Source: Candidatus Aalborgicola bjergmarkensis (GTDB lineage Bacteria > Pseudomonadota > Gammaproteobacteria > Burkholderiales > Burkholderiaceae_C). Taken from it: a stretch of 64,000 nt of DNA. The notes under the pieces were generated by a model. It saw nothing but the letters and a program-made list of their open reading frames with translations. It made no database searches and was not told the origin of the DNA. Positions within the stretch are counted from its first letter, which is position 1; each line of letters begins with the position of its first letter. Positions 1-11,418 of this stretch are shown here, one piece after another. Both the position numbers and the translations under genes were made by a program. The stretch covers positions 150,505-214,504 of the forward strand of contig JADJFE010000002.1 of NCBI GenBank assembly GCA_016708725.1. Direction: 5' to 3'.

Positions 1-80
1 ACATACTTGCGAGAACAAATTACAAGCCAAATGCCAATGCGCCGCCGCGACATATATAGCGATTTTGTTAACGAGGTTTT

Positions 81-1217
81 ATGAGGAAGAACTTTTCAAA
101 CGCGGAAGCGCCGCCATCAAATCAGGAAGAGGTGGAAGGCCTAGATAATTCGCAATCCGAAGGATGGGGCGGGGATTACCCGCTAGATGCTGTTTTCGTT
201 CGCACCGAAACTCGCACCGTTCAAGAGGTTGTTAAACGCATAAAAGCAGGCCGTTATCAACTCGATCCAGATTTTCAGCGTGATTTTGTTTGGCCTGTGG
301 ATAAACAATCCCGCCTAATCGAATCCTGCGTTATGCGGGTCCCACTGCCGGTATTTTATGTTGCTGAAGCCAAGGATGGCCGCATTGCTGTAGTTGATGG
401 CTTGCAGCGCTTAACGACATTTAATCGCTTTCTTGCCGATGAATTCAGCTTGATTCTTAGAGCCGACGAAGATCAACCCGCCCACCCGCTCGACGGCAAA
501 AAATACGGCGAACTTCCACTGCTTTTGCAAGAGCGGATCGAAGATACGCAACTGACACTCTATATTCTCGATGCAAAAGCTCCAGAGAGAGCAAAACTCG
601 ACATCTTCGAGCGAGTAAACAGCGGAGTGTCCTTAACCCGACAACAGATGCGTAACTGCCTATTCAACGGACCAGCAACGCAGTGGCTTAAGAAAGCCAG
701 CAAGAATCCTGAATTCCTCTCGGCAAGCGGGAGATCCCTTGACAGTAAATCGATGCGTGATCGCGAAGCCATCAATCGGTTTTGTGCCTTTTATTTGATT
801 GGTGAAGAAAAATACTCTGGAGGCGATATGGACGCCTTCCTTGCTCGGGCATTGGAGAAGATGCAGAAAGAAAGCACCGACCTGGATCAGCTTTATTCCA
901 CCTTTACATATTCAATGAAGGTGAACCGGTATCTATTTGGTAATCATGCATTTCGTAAATCATTAGAACATTGTGAAGCGCTCGCCTCACGAACTGTACT
1001 CAACATTGCCCTATTCGACGTTTGCTCGGTACTGCTTGCCGATATCGATAAGGATATCATAAATAACAATACGCAAGCATTGCGCGAAATGTTTTCATCT
1101 TTAATTAAAGATGCGGTTTTCAATCATGCCATTACCTACTCAACCAATAGTACGCGCCAAGTAAAAAAACGTTTTGAAATGGCTCGGGTAGCGATCTCGA
1201 AGGCTCTATATGTTTAA
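81..1217 (+). CDS. DUF262 (ParB-like/GmrSD N-terminal) domain protein, Menshen NsnA-like
   Basis: Motifs P.FQRDFVW, SRLIES, P.FY, VVDGLQRLTT and IFERVNSG are typical of DUF262; the ORF overlaps the start of a downstream AAA ATPase. Confidence 0.8.
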   Translation: MRKNFSNAEAPPSNQEEVEGLDNSQSEGWGGDYPLDAVFVRTETRTVQEVVKRIKAGRYQLDPDFQRDFVWPVDKQSRLIESCVMRVPLPVFYVAEAKDGRIAVVDGLQRLTTFNRFLADEFSLILRADEDQPAHPLDGKKYGELPLLLQERIEDTQLTLYILDAKAPERAKLDIFERVNSGVSLTRQQMRNCLFNGPATQWLKKASKNPEFLSASGRSLDSKSMRDREAINRFCAFYLIGEEKYSGGDMDAFLARALEKMQKESTDLDQLYSTFTYSMKVNRYLFGNHAFRKSLEHCEALASRTVLNIALFDVCSVLLADIDKDIINNNTQALREMFSSLIKDAVFNHAITYSTNSTRQVKKRFEMARVAISKALYV

Positions 1218-1495
1218 TTGTCTTCATATCCAGGACTTCAAATGTTTCGAAACCCTATCGCTGCCGCTGGCGCCCATGACATTGTTGACCGGCTTCAATG
1301 CCGCAGGGAAATCTACGACTCTACAGGCCATGCTGCTTCTGGCGCAAGCTCAGCGCCAAGGAGGGCACTTGCCGCTCCTTCCACTGAATGGATCATTGAT
1401 ACGTCTTGGATCACCCGGTGATGTTTTGCGCAAAGGTGGCGGACCTACATTGGTCCTGGGGATTGAAACTGCCGAGGTCCGAGTCGACTGGTCTG
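1210..1495 (+). pseudogene. 5' fragment of AAA_15/AAA_21-type ATPase (NsnB-like), truncated
   Basis: LHIQDFKCFE...LLTGFNAAGKST Walker A; the ORF ends after 114 aa with no Walker B; similarity appears to stop near 1490. Confidence 0.75.
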
Positions 1496-2195
1496 GGAGG
1501 ATGCTCGTGAATCCAATGAGGAAGACTATTTTGAGCAAGATGGGCAGGACGTAACCGATCTCGGACTTGGTGAAGCGGCGCGGCGCTGGCTTGCCGGTCA
1601 ATATGCATCTAGCTTCAGTTTTATCCGGGGTGGATTCGATTACACACCGATTGAGATTTTGCAAGGCTTGCCTGAAGCTCCTATCAATACAGTATCGGTG
1701 TGCAACCTCTGGACTACGGATGCTTTGCGCCAAAGTGCCCAAAGTGCTGTTCCGGCACCTGTGAACTGGTTGCAGATGCTAAAACACGCTAAAAACCGCT
1801 TTGATAAGTTGACTATATATTCCAGTTCAATAATCTCCCTTCGCAGCGAACCATTTGGTCAGTACGTTGTAGAGCGGATATTCGTTCTACTAGGCGTGCT
1901 TCAAGAATTCATGGAATGCCTTCATACGGATGGAAGCTATTCAGGCAGAAATAATGAATTGATAGCAACACACTTTTCGGGCGCAAAGGCGTGGTTCACC
2001 GATGAATCGGATACAAACAAAAGAGATTATTTCGAAAAATTGAGTTTCCCCGACCCGGAACATGACGGAAATATTTTCTGTCCGTGGCATGGGAAAATAA
2101 AGACCCCCCAATACAGAATTCATTTTGAATGGCCAATAGAAAGCAGAAAGTCGTTACGAGTATTTTACATTGGCCCCAAGATAACGAAAAATTGA
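1494..2195 (+). pseudogene. 3' part of a third gene of the DUF262-ATPase locus (NsnC-like, possible RelE-like C-terminus), lacking its start
   Basis: The frame of ORF 1659-2195 is open back to about 1494 (WEDARESNEEDYFEQDGQDVTDLGLGEAARRW) and ends CPWHGKIKTPQYRIHFEWP...YIGPKITKN; there is no native start. Confidence 0.6.
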
Positions 2196-2206
2196 GCGGT
2201 CTTGAT

Positions 2207-2539
2207 CCATGCGCGGCAAACCTCGCCCTTCAGGGCGGGGTCAAGAGCGCGGACAGCGAAGCTGGCCTTGTTTTCTGGTTGTGTCATAATTTCCCTGTCG
2301 CAAGACCTATGGCGGGATACGCCAAAAGTAATGCTTGTGGAGCGAATGTGAGACCTGGGGGAGCATGGCGTCGGCTCATAGCCGTAAAGCTCCCCACTGT
2401 GGGAGCTAACGGCGAAAACCAAGCCATGCACCCCTGGGCAGTCGTGGTGAAGCAAGAACCCACCGAAGTGACTAAATGTGAGGTAACTCATGTTTTGCAC
2501 CGTAGGAATCCCCTTCCTTTAGGGAGGGGAGGATGTCAA
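2207..2539 (+). mobile_element. Non-autonomous IS200/IS605-family mini element (tnpA absent, tnpB 3' end only)
   Basis: TTGAT at 2202-2206 precedes the left end; left hairpin CCTCGCCC-TTCA-GGGCGGGG (2221-2240); right hairpin CCCCTTCC-TTTA-GGGAGGGG (2510-2529) followed by AGGATGTCAA; internal frame ...VKQEPTEVT... resembles a TnpB C-terminal tail; no target duplication. Confidence 0.8.
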
Positions 2540-2559
2540 GAACTAATAAACGCCGAAAT
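2380..2559 (+). ncRNA. Putative TnpB omegaRNA/reRNA scaffold with flanking guide (5' boundary uncertain)
   Basis: Established: omegaRNA overlaps the tnpB 3' end and right end, with the guide read from the flank. Here the flank after TCAA is GAACTAATAAACGCCGAAAT. Expression is not shown. Confidence 0.4.
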
Positions 2560-2649
2560 CATGAATTGGACTGGGGTTTTCTCAATTTAAGCTACCAATT
2601 GAAATTTGAACCTGGTTCATTTTCGTGCCTTTCTCCGCACTTTTTTCCT

Positions 2650-3050
2650 GAGATATGATCAGGGTTTCGGTGAGCCGTTTGAAATTGAGATAAGGCAGCA
2701 GGAAGATGGACAGCAGTGTGACCGGGATCACAATCTTCATCGTTTCAATCGCCCGCTCCATGTATTCGAACTGGCCACTCCAGGTGACGTAGTAGCCGGG
2801 CGGGAATTTGACTTGCGCGGCGACGGCCTTTTTGGCATCGGCGACATAGCCGCCGATGTCGCGGTCGCGGATATCGACGTAGATATAGGCGAAGAGCAGC
2901 GCGTTTTCGGTACGGATGCCTGGGGCGCCCTGGGCGATCACCACTTTGGCCACCTATCCCAACGGAATCATCGCGCCGCCCATGGTAGGGGCCAGAACTT
3001 CGCGGGCGATCAGTTGCGGGTCGGAGCACAACTCGCGGGGGTATACACCA
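2650..3050 (-). pseudogene. CusA/CzcA heavy-metal RND efflux internal fragment
   Basis: GAPGIRTENALLFAYIYVDIRDRDIGGYV...FPPGYYVTWSGQFEYMERA; the upstream frame contains a stop; about 130 aa versus over 1000 aa for the family. Confidence 0.8.
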
Positions 3051-3064
3051 GCCCAAAGCCAAAT

Positions 3065-3262
3065 CGCTCCTGATACAAGAGCTGCCCTCGCTTATCCCAT
3101 GGGGCTTACAGCCCGATTTGCCATGTAAAAACACCCGATAACGGCCCGTTTTACCCCTCATGGCGGTTGCTGGCATCGCTGTGACCCGTTTTGAAAGGAA
3201 AAATTCAAGGCAAATCTGGCTGTACGCCTTATGTACCAAGCGGGAGTAGCTATGTTTTTTGC
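3065..3262. repeat. 198-bp dispersed palindromic (MITE/REPIN-like) repeat, copy 1
   Basis: Colinear with 14395-14592 (CGCTCCTGATAC...TATGTTTTTTGC); long imperfect terminal inverted arms (GCCCGATTTGCC / GGCAAATCTGGC). Confidence 0.85.
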
Positions 3263-3315
3263 CAGTGGAATCGGGTCGACTGCCGTGGCTCAACCGCAGC
3301 AGTTCAGCGGATCAG

Positions 3316-4919
<1,604 letters not shown>

Positions 4920-4965
4920 CTACTCCCGCACGATCCATGTGCTTTATCCGAGGTTAGAGGTCTTG

Positions 4966-6081
4966 ATGCGAATTTTCCACATCCAAAACAGCAGCAACGT
5001 GGCCGAAATCGCCGAGCTGGAAGATCTGAGCGCTTCTACGCTTGGTCGGCAGTCGTACGTATGGATTGCCTGTGCGCGTGACGAATTCGAAGGAAAAATC
5101 AGCCAGATCCAGTCTACATTGAATGCCCTGACAGGCTTGCAATTGGTGGATTTGCACGTTTCCGATTTACGCAACAACCACTTACCCTCGCATTACGATT
5201 ACACCTCGGAATACGACGTTCTGGTCTTTCGGCGCCTGGCAACCGGCGCTGAATCGGGTAACGAGATAGCACCTCCCGATGTGGACCGCCGCCGTAACAG
5301 TCTGCCCATCCTGCGCCGTATCGACACCAGTCCGGTCGGTTTTGCCATGTTTGACCGGGTTGTGCTGACCGTACACCCAGCCGGTTGTCCGGTGCGCACG
5401 GCCTACGCGAGTCGCTTATTGCAAGCAACCAGCGCCGAGTCGCGCGCAGCCGGTGTACGCTTGCCTACCAGCCCGGCTGATTTGATGCTGCGTATTGTCA
5501 ATCTGATGGTCGATGGTTATCTGGAGCTGCGCCGCGAACTGACCCGTCAATTGGACCACTGGCAGGCGGCATTGATCGAGCCAAAAAACAAGTTCAATGA
5601 TTGGGGCGCGTTGCTCGATGCCCGGCTTTCGCTGCACCAGCTCGATGAAATTTGCGAAGACCAGCGTTCTGCCATACAGGACTGGATCGAGGCGCTGAAA
5701 ACCTGGCCCCAAGCCGCCAGCCCGGCAGAACAGCGCGAACAGGATTTGTTGCATGTACGCAGCCGCGATGTGCTGGAACACATCGAGCGCGTGGTACACC
5801 ATGTCCAGCGCATGGAACAAAGCACCGAGACGGCCGTGCAGATGCATTTCAGCGTGCAAGGGAGCCGCACCAACGAGATCATGCGCACGCTGACCGTATT
5901 GACCTCGATTTTTTTACCACTGAATTTCATGACCGGGTTTTTTGGCATGAATTTTGAATTTTTGCCCTTGATTCACCACCAAACCGGATTCTGGTGGGCC
6001 ATAAGCGGCATGGTGCTCACCGGCATTAGCTTGCTGGTGCTGTTCTGGCGCAAGCACTACCTGGGGCGTAGCACGCGGTAG
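4966..6081 (+). CDS. CorA-family magnesium transporter
   Basis: C-terminal TNEIMRTLT...PLNFMTGFFGMNF (GMN motif) plus two TM segments. Confidence 0.92.
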   Translation: MRIFHIQNSSNVAEIAELEDLSASTLGRQSYVWIACARDEFEGKISQIQSTLNALTGLQLVDLHVSDLRNNHLPSHYDYTSEYDVLVFRRLATGAESGNEIAPPDVDRRRNSLPILRRIDTSPVGFAMFDRVVLTVHPAGCPVRTAYASRLLQATSAESRAAGVRLPTSPADLMLRIVNLMVDGYLELRRELTRQLDHWQAALIEPKNKFNDWGALLDARLSLHQLDEICEDQRSAIQDWIEALKTWPQAASPAEQREQDLLHVRSRDVLEHIERVVHHVQRMEQSTETAVQMHFSVQGSRTNEIMRTLTVLTSIFLPLNFMTGFFGMNFEFLPLIHHQTGFWWAISGMVLTGISLLVLFWRKHYLGRSTR

Positions 6082-6092
6082 GATGAAGGTTT

Positions 6093-6941
6093 CTACTTGA
6101 AAATCACAGTCTTGTGGCCGTTTTGCAGCACGCGATGCTCGCTGTGCCATGCAACGGCCCGTGCCAGCACCTGGCTTTCGGTGTCACGGCCAATGGCGCT
6201 GAGGTTCTCGACGGTTTTGCTGTGGTCCACCCGGGCCACGTCCTGCTCGATGATCGGACCTTCGTCCAGATTTGCGGTCACGTAGTGGGCGGTGGCACCG
6301 ATCAGCTTCACGCCCCGGTCATGCGCCTGGTAATACGGTTTGGCGCCCTTGAAACTCGGCAGGAATGAGTGGTGGATATTGATCGCCCGGCCTTCGAGCT
6401 TGCGGCACATGGTCTCACTCAGAATCTGCATATAGCGTGCCAGAACCACCAGTTCGGCACCTTCGGATTCGATGATTTCCAGCTGACGTTCTTCCACTCG
6501 GGCTTTGGTGTCGGCGCTTACCGGGATGTGGTGAAAAGGGACGTTATAACCAGCCGCCAACTGGTAGAAGTCGCGGTGGTTGGAGATGATGGCGCGGATG
6601 TCAATGGCCAGCAGGCCGCTTTTCCAGCGAAACAACAAGTCGTTGAGGCAGTGCCCTTCCTTGCTGACCATCAGAACGGTACGCATGGGTTGCGCTGTAG
6701 CGTGCAAGCCCCAGCGCATGGAATAGGGGGTGGCGAAAAAACCCAATTGGGTACGTAAGTCATCGTGTGTCAGTTGCACGCAACTGAATTGCACCCGCAT
6801 GAAAAAGAGTCCGGTAGCGGGGTCGTTGTACTGCGCGGCTTCTTCAATGTTGCCACCACGTTCCAGCAAAAAACCGGAGACAGCATGCACAAGCCCCAGA
6901 CGATCCGGGCACGAGAGGGTAAGGATATAGGTTCTGCTCAT
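6093..6941 (-). CDS. purU: Formyltetrahydrofolate deformylase
   Basis: ACT domain SCPDRLGLV; INIHHSFLPSFKGAKPY.QA..RGVKLIGATAHYV. Confidence 0.97.
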   Translation of the reverse strand: MSRTYILTLSCPDRLGLVHAVSGFLLERGGNIEEAAQYNDPATGLFFMRVQFSCVQLTHDDLRTQLGFFATPYSMRWGLHATAQPMRTVLMVSKEGHCLNDLLFRWKSGLLAIDIRAIISNHRDFYQLAAGYNVPFHHIPVSADTKARVEERQLEIIESEGAELVVLARYMQILSETMCRKLEGRAINIHHSFLPSFKGAKPYYQAHDRGVKLIGATAHYVTANLDEGPIIEQDVARVDHSKTVENLSAIGRDTESQVLARAVAWHSEHRVLQNGHKTVIFK

Positions 6942-6958
6942 GGCACCTTAGTGGTCAG

Positions 6959-7270
6959 TCAGTGAATTCGTACCGGATTTTGCGCCAGTTCCGCATATTG
7001 TTCGAGTGTGTGCTCAACTTCTTCCTGGCTGGGGGTTTTGAGCTGCCAGGCCATGATGTGCTGCTGAAACAGCTCGGCCCAGGAGCCATCCAGATACACC
7101 TCCTTGCCCGAGCGCTTGTCAACAATCTCAAAACCGTGGCGTGGCAGCATCGGCACGCCGCCAGGATACTGGGCCGTTTTGATGCTTCCCACCTCCGGTT
7201 TGCCATCGGCTTGCGCGTTGGCCAGCATGTGGGTCACCGAATATGTTTCCGAATCATAGAGTGTTTGCAT
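6959..7270 (-). CDS. DUF3567 (BTH_I0359-like) protein
   Basis: MQ.LYDSE.YSV, GFEIVDKRSGKEVYLDGSWAE.FQ..I..WQ pattern. Confidence 0.75.
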   Translation of the reverse strand: MQTLYDSETYSVTHMLANAQADGKPEVGSIKTAQYPGGVPMLPRHGFEIVDKRSGKEVYLDGSWAELFQQHIMAWQLKTPSQEEVEHTLEQYAELAQNPVRIH

Positions 7271-7366
7271 AGGGGGTATATGGTAAGGGTTCTTGTTGAA
7301 TATATCGGTACCAGGCGCTTCTATTCAAGAGACAAGCAAGGGCGATTCTGACAGAATTTTTCCCCT

Positions 7367-8509
7367 CTACGGCGCTTGTGTCGAACGCCACTGCTGCTCC
7401 ACAAAGTCTCCATTGGCCTGGCTCAGGCGAATACGCACGGGTAGATAGGCCATTTCGGGCGCCAGCCACAGTTCGACCTTGGGGTCGTATTCGCCCGTAG
7501 GGTCGCGCCAAAGCCGCACGGCGTGCACATCACCACCGGGCAGGCTGAGGTTTTCCGTGCCACCTACCGCGAACGTCCACGTATCCGACGAGCGCGGGCC
7601 CACGGCCTGAAACGACACGCTGCGTCCTGGCGTCCATGCCTGGGGTTGCGCGCCCAGCATGACGCCTAACTGGATGATGATGCTGAGCTGATCCTGTGCT
7701 CCAGGCTGCAAGGGGGCATCGGGCGTGTTGGCGCTGAAGATGACTTTGCCCTTGTCGTAAACAAAATGCGCGGCAACTTCACTACGCACCTTGTCGCCAA
7801 AGCGACTCGGCATCAATCCCTGTTCCGTGAGCTGTCCGGTGCTCGTCTGTACCCGTGATCCTAGCAAAAAATGGCTCACTTCCATGCGTGCCGAGTAGGC
7901 CTTGCCATCTTGCAACCAGAGCAATTCACCGTTGACAAAGTAGGGAATTCCCTTGATCTCACCCTTGATGGCGTATTTCAGGCGTGTGGATGGCGGAAAC
8001 ACATGGATGGGGATCGGCTTGGTCGCAGTGGCTTCCGTGGGTTTTTCTGGTGCCGGATGGTGGGTCATGGTGGCCACATTGACAGGCTCCTGCGTTGTTG
8101 CGGGAGGCGTGTTGTCTTTGGTGTCCGAGTTTGCTACTGATTCAGTAGCTTCTTGCGCTTGTCCCACGGGCGATAGATGGATATCCGATCCGGAATTTGA
8201 TTCAGGATGCGAAGCTGGAGATGGTGCTGCGGTGTGCGTTGCTTTCGGGGTATGTCTGGCAGCAGGGTTGCGCGCTGCAGGCAGTGGCGGGCGCTGTGGC
8301 GGTAGTGTTTGCTGTGGTGTTGGTGTTGGTGTTGGTATCGGCAAGCTGCGGGTGTTGAACGCCCAGTTGCCCACTGGCTCTAAAGTCTGCGCCGCTGGCA
8401 GGGGCAATGACACAGCACCTAACAACATCCAGTGCGCCAGTAACACGCCCAAAGTCAGCAAGGCAGGTCGCCAGGGGATGTTGTGATATATATTAGTACA
8501 GGTGTACAC
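7367..8509 (-). CDS. DUF3108 domain protein with Pro/Thr-rich linker (start uncertain)
   Basis: C-terminal GLMPSRFGDK, AQDQLS and WLAPEMAYLPVRIRL. Confidence 0.75.
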   Translation of the reverse strand: MYTCTNIYHNIPWRPALLTLGVLLAHWMLLGAVSLPLPAAQTLEPVGNWAFNTRSLPIPTPTPTPQQTLPPQRPPLPAARNPAARHTPKATHTAAPSPASHPESNSGSDIHLSPVGQAQEATESVANSDTKDNTPPATTQEPVNVATMTHHPAPEKPTEATATKPIPIHVFPPSTRLKYAIKGEIKGIPYFVNGELLWLQDGKAYSARMEVSHFLLGSRVQTSTGQLTEQGLMPSRFGDKVRSEVAAHFVYDKGKVIFSANTPDAPLQPGAQDQLSIIIQLGVMLGAQPQAWTPGRSVSFQAVGPRSSDTWTFAVGGTENLSLPGGDVHAVRLWRDPTGEYDPKVELWLAPEMAYLPVRIRLSQANGDFVEQQWRSTQAP

Positions 8510-8644
8510 TGATTTTTTTACTCGCTACAGGGATGCGCTAGGGTAGGATGGCCACTCCCATTCTAATAACGAGGGGATTGGTCTGGTGTGCAAGAAGCCG
8601 AATACACCGACTAAGTTTTTTACTAGCAACATGGAGAACCCTGG

Positions 8645-9409
8645 ATGAAATTGAACCGTAACTTCTTTCGCTCGGCGCTATTGGCCGCAGCACTTGGCGT
8701 TGGAGCCATGCATGTGCAAAGCGCAGAACCACTGGAAGTGGGCTTACTGAATTTTCCGCCCTATTACGTGCTGGAAAATGAAAGCAAGGTGGTTGGTGGT
8801 TATTGGTACGAGTTTCTTAAAACCCTGATGGATCGTACCGGGTTGGAATACGCCTTCAAAGGCTATCCGCCCAAGCGCCTCTATCTCAACGTAGGCGAAG
8901 GTGTTACCAAAATCTGGATGGGAACGATAGGGGTTGCGGAGTACGAGGGCAAGGTGTTGGTCAGCCCCAAGGCCATCTCGGAAATCAACATGGAACTTTA
9001 TACCATGGGATCGGAAGACTCTCTGCCCAAAAGCGTCGAGGAGCTCAAAGGCAAATCGCTCATCACGATACGCGGCTACAACTATTCCGGACTCATCAAG
9101 GAACTGAGCGACCCGAAAAACAACATAAAGCTGGAAACAGCGAACACCCACGAAGCGGCTTTTCAAATGCTGCAGGCCGGACGTGCCAGTTTCTTGCTGG
9201 ACTACATCGAACCTGCCAGCGAAACCTTGGCAAAACTGAGTTTTCCCGCAGTCAACAAAGTTTCCCTAAAGCGTGTACCGATTTACATCATGGTCAGCAA
9301 GACCCTGCCGGATGCCCAGGCCGTTATGGACAAGATCATGAAAACGTATGAAGTCGTAAACCTCGAAAACAAGCTCAAGGCCGAGACGAAGTTCAAAAAA
9401 CGTCCCTGA
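8645..9409 (+). CDS. Periplasmic substrate-binding protein (family 3-like)
   Basis: Signal peptide, NFPPYY, P.KRLY, ITIRGYNY, AFQMLQAGR. Confidence 0.8.
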   Translation: MKLNRNFFRSALLAAALGVGAMHVQSAEPLEVGLLNFPPYYVLENESKVVGGYWYEFLKTLMDRTGLEYAFKGYPPKRLYLNVGEGVTKIWMGTIGVAEYEGKVLVSPKAISEINMELYTMGSEDSLPKSVEELKGKSLITIRGYNYSGLIKELSDPKNNIKLETANTHEAAFQMLQAGRASFLLDYIEPASETLAKLSFPAVNKVSLKRVPIYIMVSKTLPDAQAVMDKIMKTYEVVNLENKLKAETKFKKRP

Positions 9410-9591
9410 TCGCTTTGTTTTTCCGGGGCAGCTTTGCCTGCTCCGAGGGGTAGGCCGACTTGCTTCCCATACCATACATTTTTAATGCACGTTGTTAATC
9501 GTGTAAATACTCCTTACTTCCTGTCAGGTTATCATCAGCCTGGGGTTCAGTGGTCTGGATGGCACGTGTTCTTGATCGGGGGAATGGGGGT

Positions 9592-11412
9592 ATGGATAAA
9601 GCAACAACAGCGAGTTCGCTCAGTTTCGCTGCACGAATCAAATTGGGGTTTGGCCTGCCAGTTGTATTGATCGTTGCATTTATGGGTTGGTTGTGGTTCG
9701 CCAACGGTGAGATTGGTGTACGGGCCGAACAGATGCGCAGCACCGGTTTGCAACGCATGCTGGGTAGCAAGGAAATGGACAAACAGGTGGTCCAGGTGCA
9801 GCAGTTTTTAACCGATGCATCGGCAACACGCACGCCAGAGGGCGAAGGGTCCTGGAAGGAAGCTGAAGCTGCACGGCAGCAGTTTTTGCAATTACTGGAT
9901 GGTTTTGAGAGTGTCTACCGACAGCAAAATGACCAGGAGATGACGCGTCAACTCAAGGAATTGCGTCAACGCTTCGATGCGTTCTACACGGAGGGTGTCA
10001 GCATGGCGCGGGCCTACGTCAGCAATGGCACCGAAGCCGGCAATGTGGTGATGGAAAAGTTTGATGCCAGTTCGCTGGAATTGCAACGGGTGCTGGAGCC
10101 TTTTGTTGCCCATGAGCTAGCCGATGGTAACCTGAGTATGGCGACGGTTAGCGCGCAGTCGCAGTGGGTGCGTTGGTGCGGTATGGGGTTGGGGCTGGCA
10201 CTGGTGCTGGTAACGCTGCTGACCGGCGTGCAGATCGTGCGCAGCACATTGTGCCAACTCGGTGGCGAACCCGCTTTGACAGTGGAGATTGCCCAGCGGA
10301 TTGCGCGTGGCGATCTCGCAAGCCAGATTAAATTGCAAACCGGCGACAACACCAGCCTGCTGGCTGCAATGGGCGTGATGCAAGAGAGCATCCGTTCGCT
10401 GGTTGTCGATGCCCGGATGCTGGCGCAAGCAGCCATGGAAGGGCGGCTTGCGGTGCGGGCTGATGCGGCGCGCCACCAAGGCGATTTTTTTGCAATCGTC
10501 CAGGGCATCAATGAAACCCTGAACAATGTTGCAGGCCCGGTACACGAGGTAAAACGGGTGGTGAGCGCGCTGGCAAACGGCGACATGGGCCAGGCCATCA
10601 CACTGGATTGCCAAGGCGATTTTGACGAATTGAAGCGTGCCATCAACAGCACCATCAACCGCCTGGCTGGGACCATAGAGCAAGTCAGTCAAGCAGCCGA
10701 CGCATTGGGTAATGCTGCCACCCAGGTTTCGATGACGGCACAGAGTCTGTCGCAATCCTCTTCCGAGCAAGCTGCCAGTGTGGAACAAACGACGGCCAGC
10801 ATCGAACAGATGACGGCCAGCATTACGCAAAACACCCAGAATGCCACCGTGACGGATACGATGGCCAGCCGTTCTGCGGTAGAGGCTGGAGATGGCGGCG
10901 CAGCGATGAGGGATGCCGTTGCAGCCATGCGCCAGATTGCAAAACGGATTGATGTTATTGACGAAATCGCTTATCGCACCGACCTGCTGGCACTGAATGC
11001 CGCGATTGAAGCTGCAAGGGCCGGTGCACAGGGCAGTGGATTTGCAGTCGTGGCAACAGAGGTCGGCAAACTGGCTGCACGCAGCCAGGCTGCTGCACTG
11101 GAGATTAGCAAGCTGACGGGCGATGGCGTTGGCCGCGCTGAAAAGGCGGGTGAACTATTGGCGGCAATGCTGCCTTCTATCCAGAAGACTTCGGCATTGG
11201 TGCAAGAAATTTTCTGCGCAAGCCAGGAACAATCGAATGGGGTGGGGCAGATCAACAGCGCAATGGGACAGTTGAACATGGTTGCCCAGCAGAACGCAGC
11301 AGCATCGGAAGAATTGGCGGCAATAGCCAAGGAAATGACAAGCCAGGCGGCACAGCTGCAGGAACTGATGGCGTTTTTCGATACGAACAGGGCAGACGAG
11401 GCAGCATGGTAG
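9592..11412 (+). CDS. Methyl-accepting chemotaxis protein with HAMP repeats
   Basis: Two TMs, [39 protein letters not shown] signalling hairpin. Confidence 0.95.
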   Translation: MDKATTASSLSFAARIKLGFGLPVVLIVAFMGWLWFANGEIGVRAEQMRSTGLQRMLGSKEMDKQVVQVQQFLTDASATRTPEGEGSWKEAEAARQQFLQLLDGFESVYRQQNDQEMTRQLKELRQRFDAFYTEGVSMARAYVSNGTEAGNVVMEKFDASSLELQRVLEPFVAHELADGNLSMATVSAQSQWVRWCGMGLGLALVLVTLLTGVQIVRSTLCQLGGEPALTVEIAQRIARGDLASQIKLQTGDNTSLLAAMGVMQESIRSLVVDARMLAQAAMEGRLAVRADAARHQGDFFAIVQGINETLNNVAGPVHEVKRVVSALANGDMGQAITLDCQGDFDELKRAINSTINRLAGTIEQVSQAADALGNAATQVSMTAQSLSQSSSEQAASVEQTTASIEQMTASITQNTQNATVTDTMASRSAVEAGDGGAAMRDAVAAMRQIAKRIDVIDEIAYRTDLLALNAAIEAARAGAQGSGFAVVATEVGKLAARSQAAALEISKLTGDGVGRAEKAGELLAAMLPSIQKTSALVQEIFCASQEQSNGVGQINSAMGQLNMVAQQNAAASEELAAIAKEMTSQAAQLQELMAFFDTNRADEAAW

Positions 11413-11418
11413 TGATTG

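Noticed and set aside
8316-8340. (GGTGTT)n microsatellite as a phase-variation tract
   Set aside because: The unit is 6 bp and in frame, encoding a Pro-Thr linker; length changes would not switch expression.
9410-9480. Possible c-di-GMP-I riboswitch between the SBP gene and the MCP (GGCAAAGC…CCGG on the minus strand)
   Set aside because: The P2 GAAA tetraloop/receptor arrangement and motif order are not satisfied.
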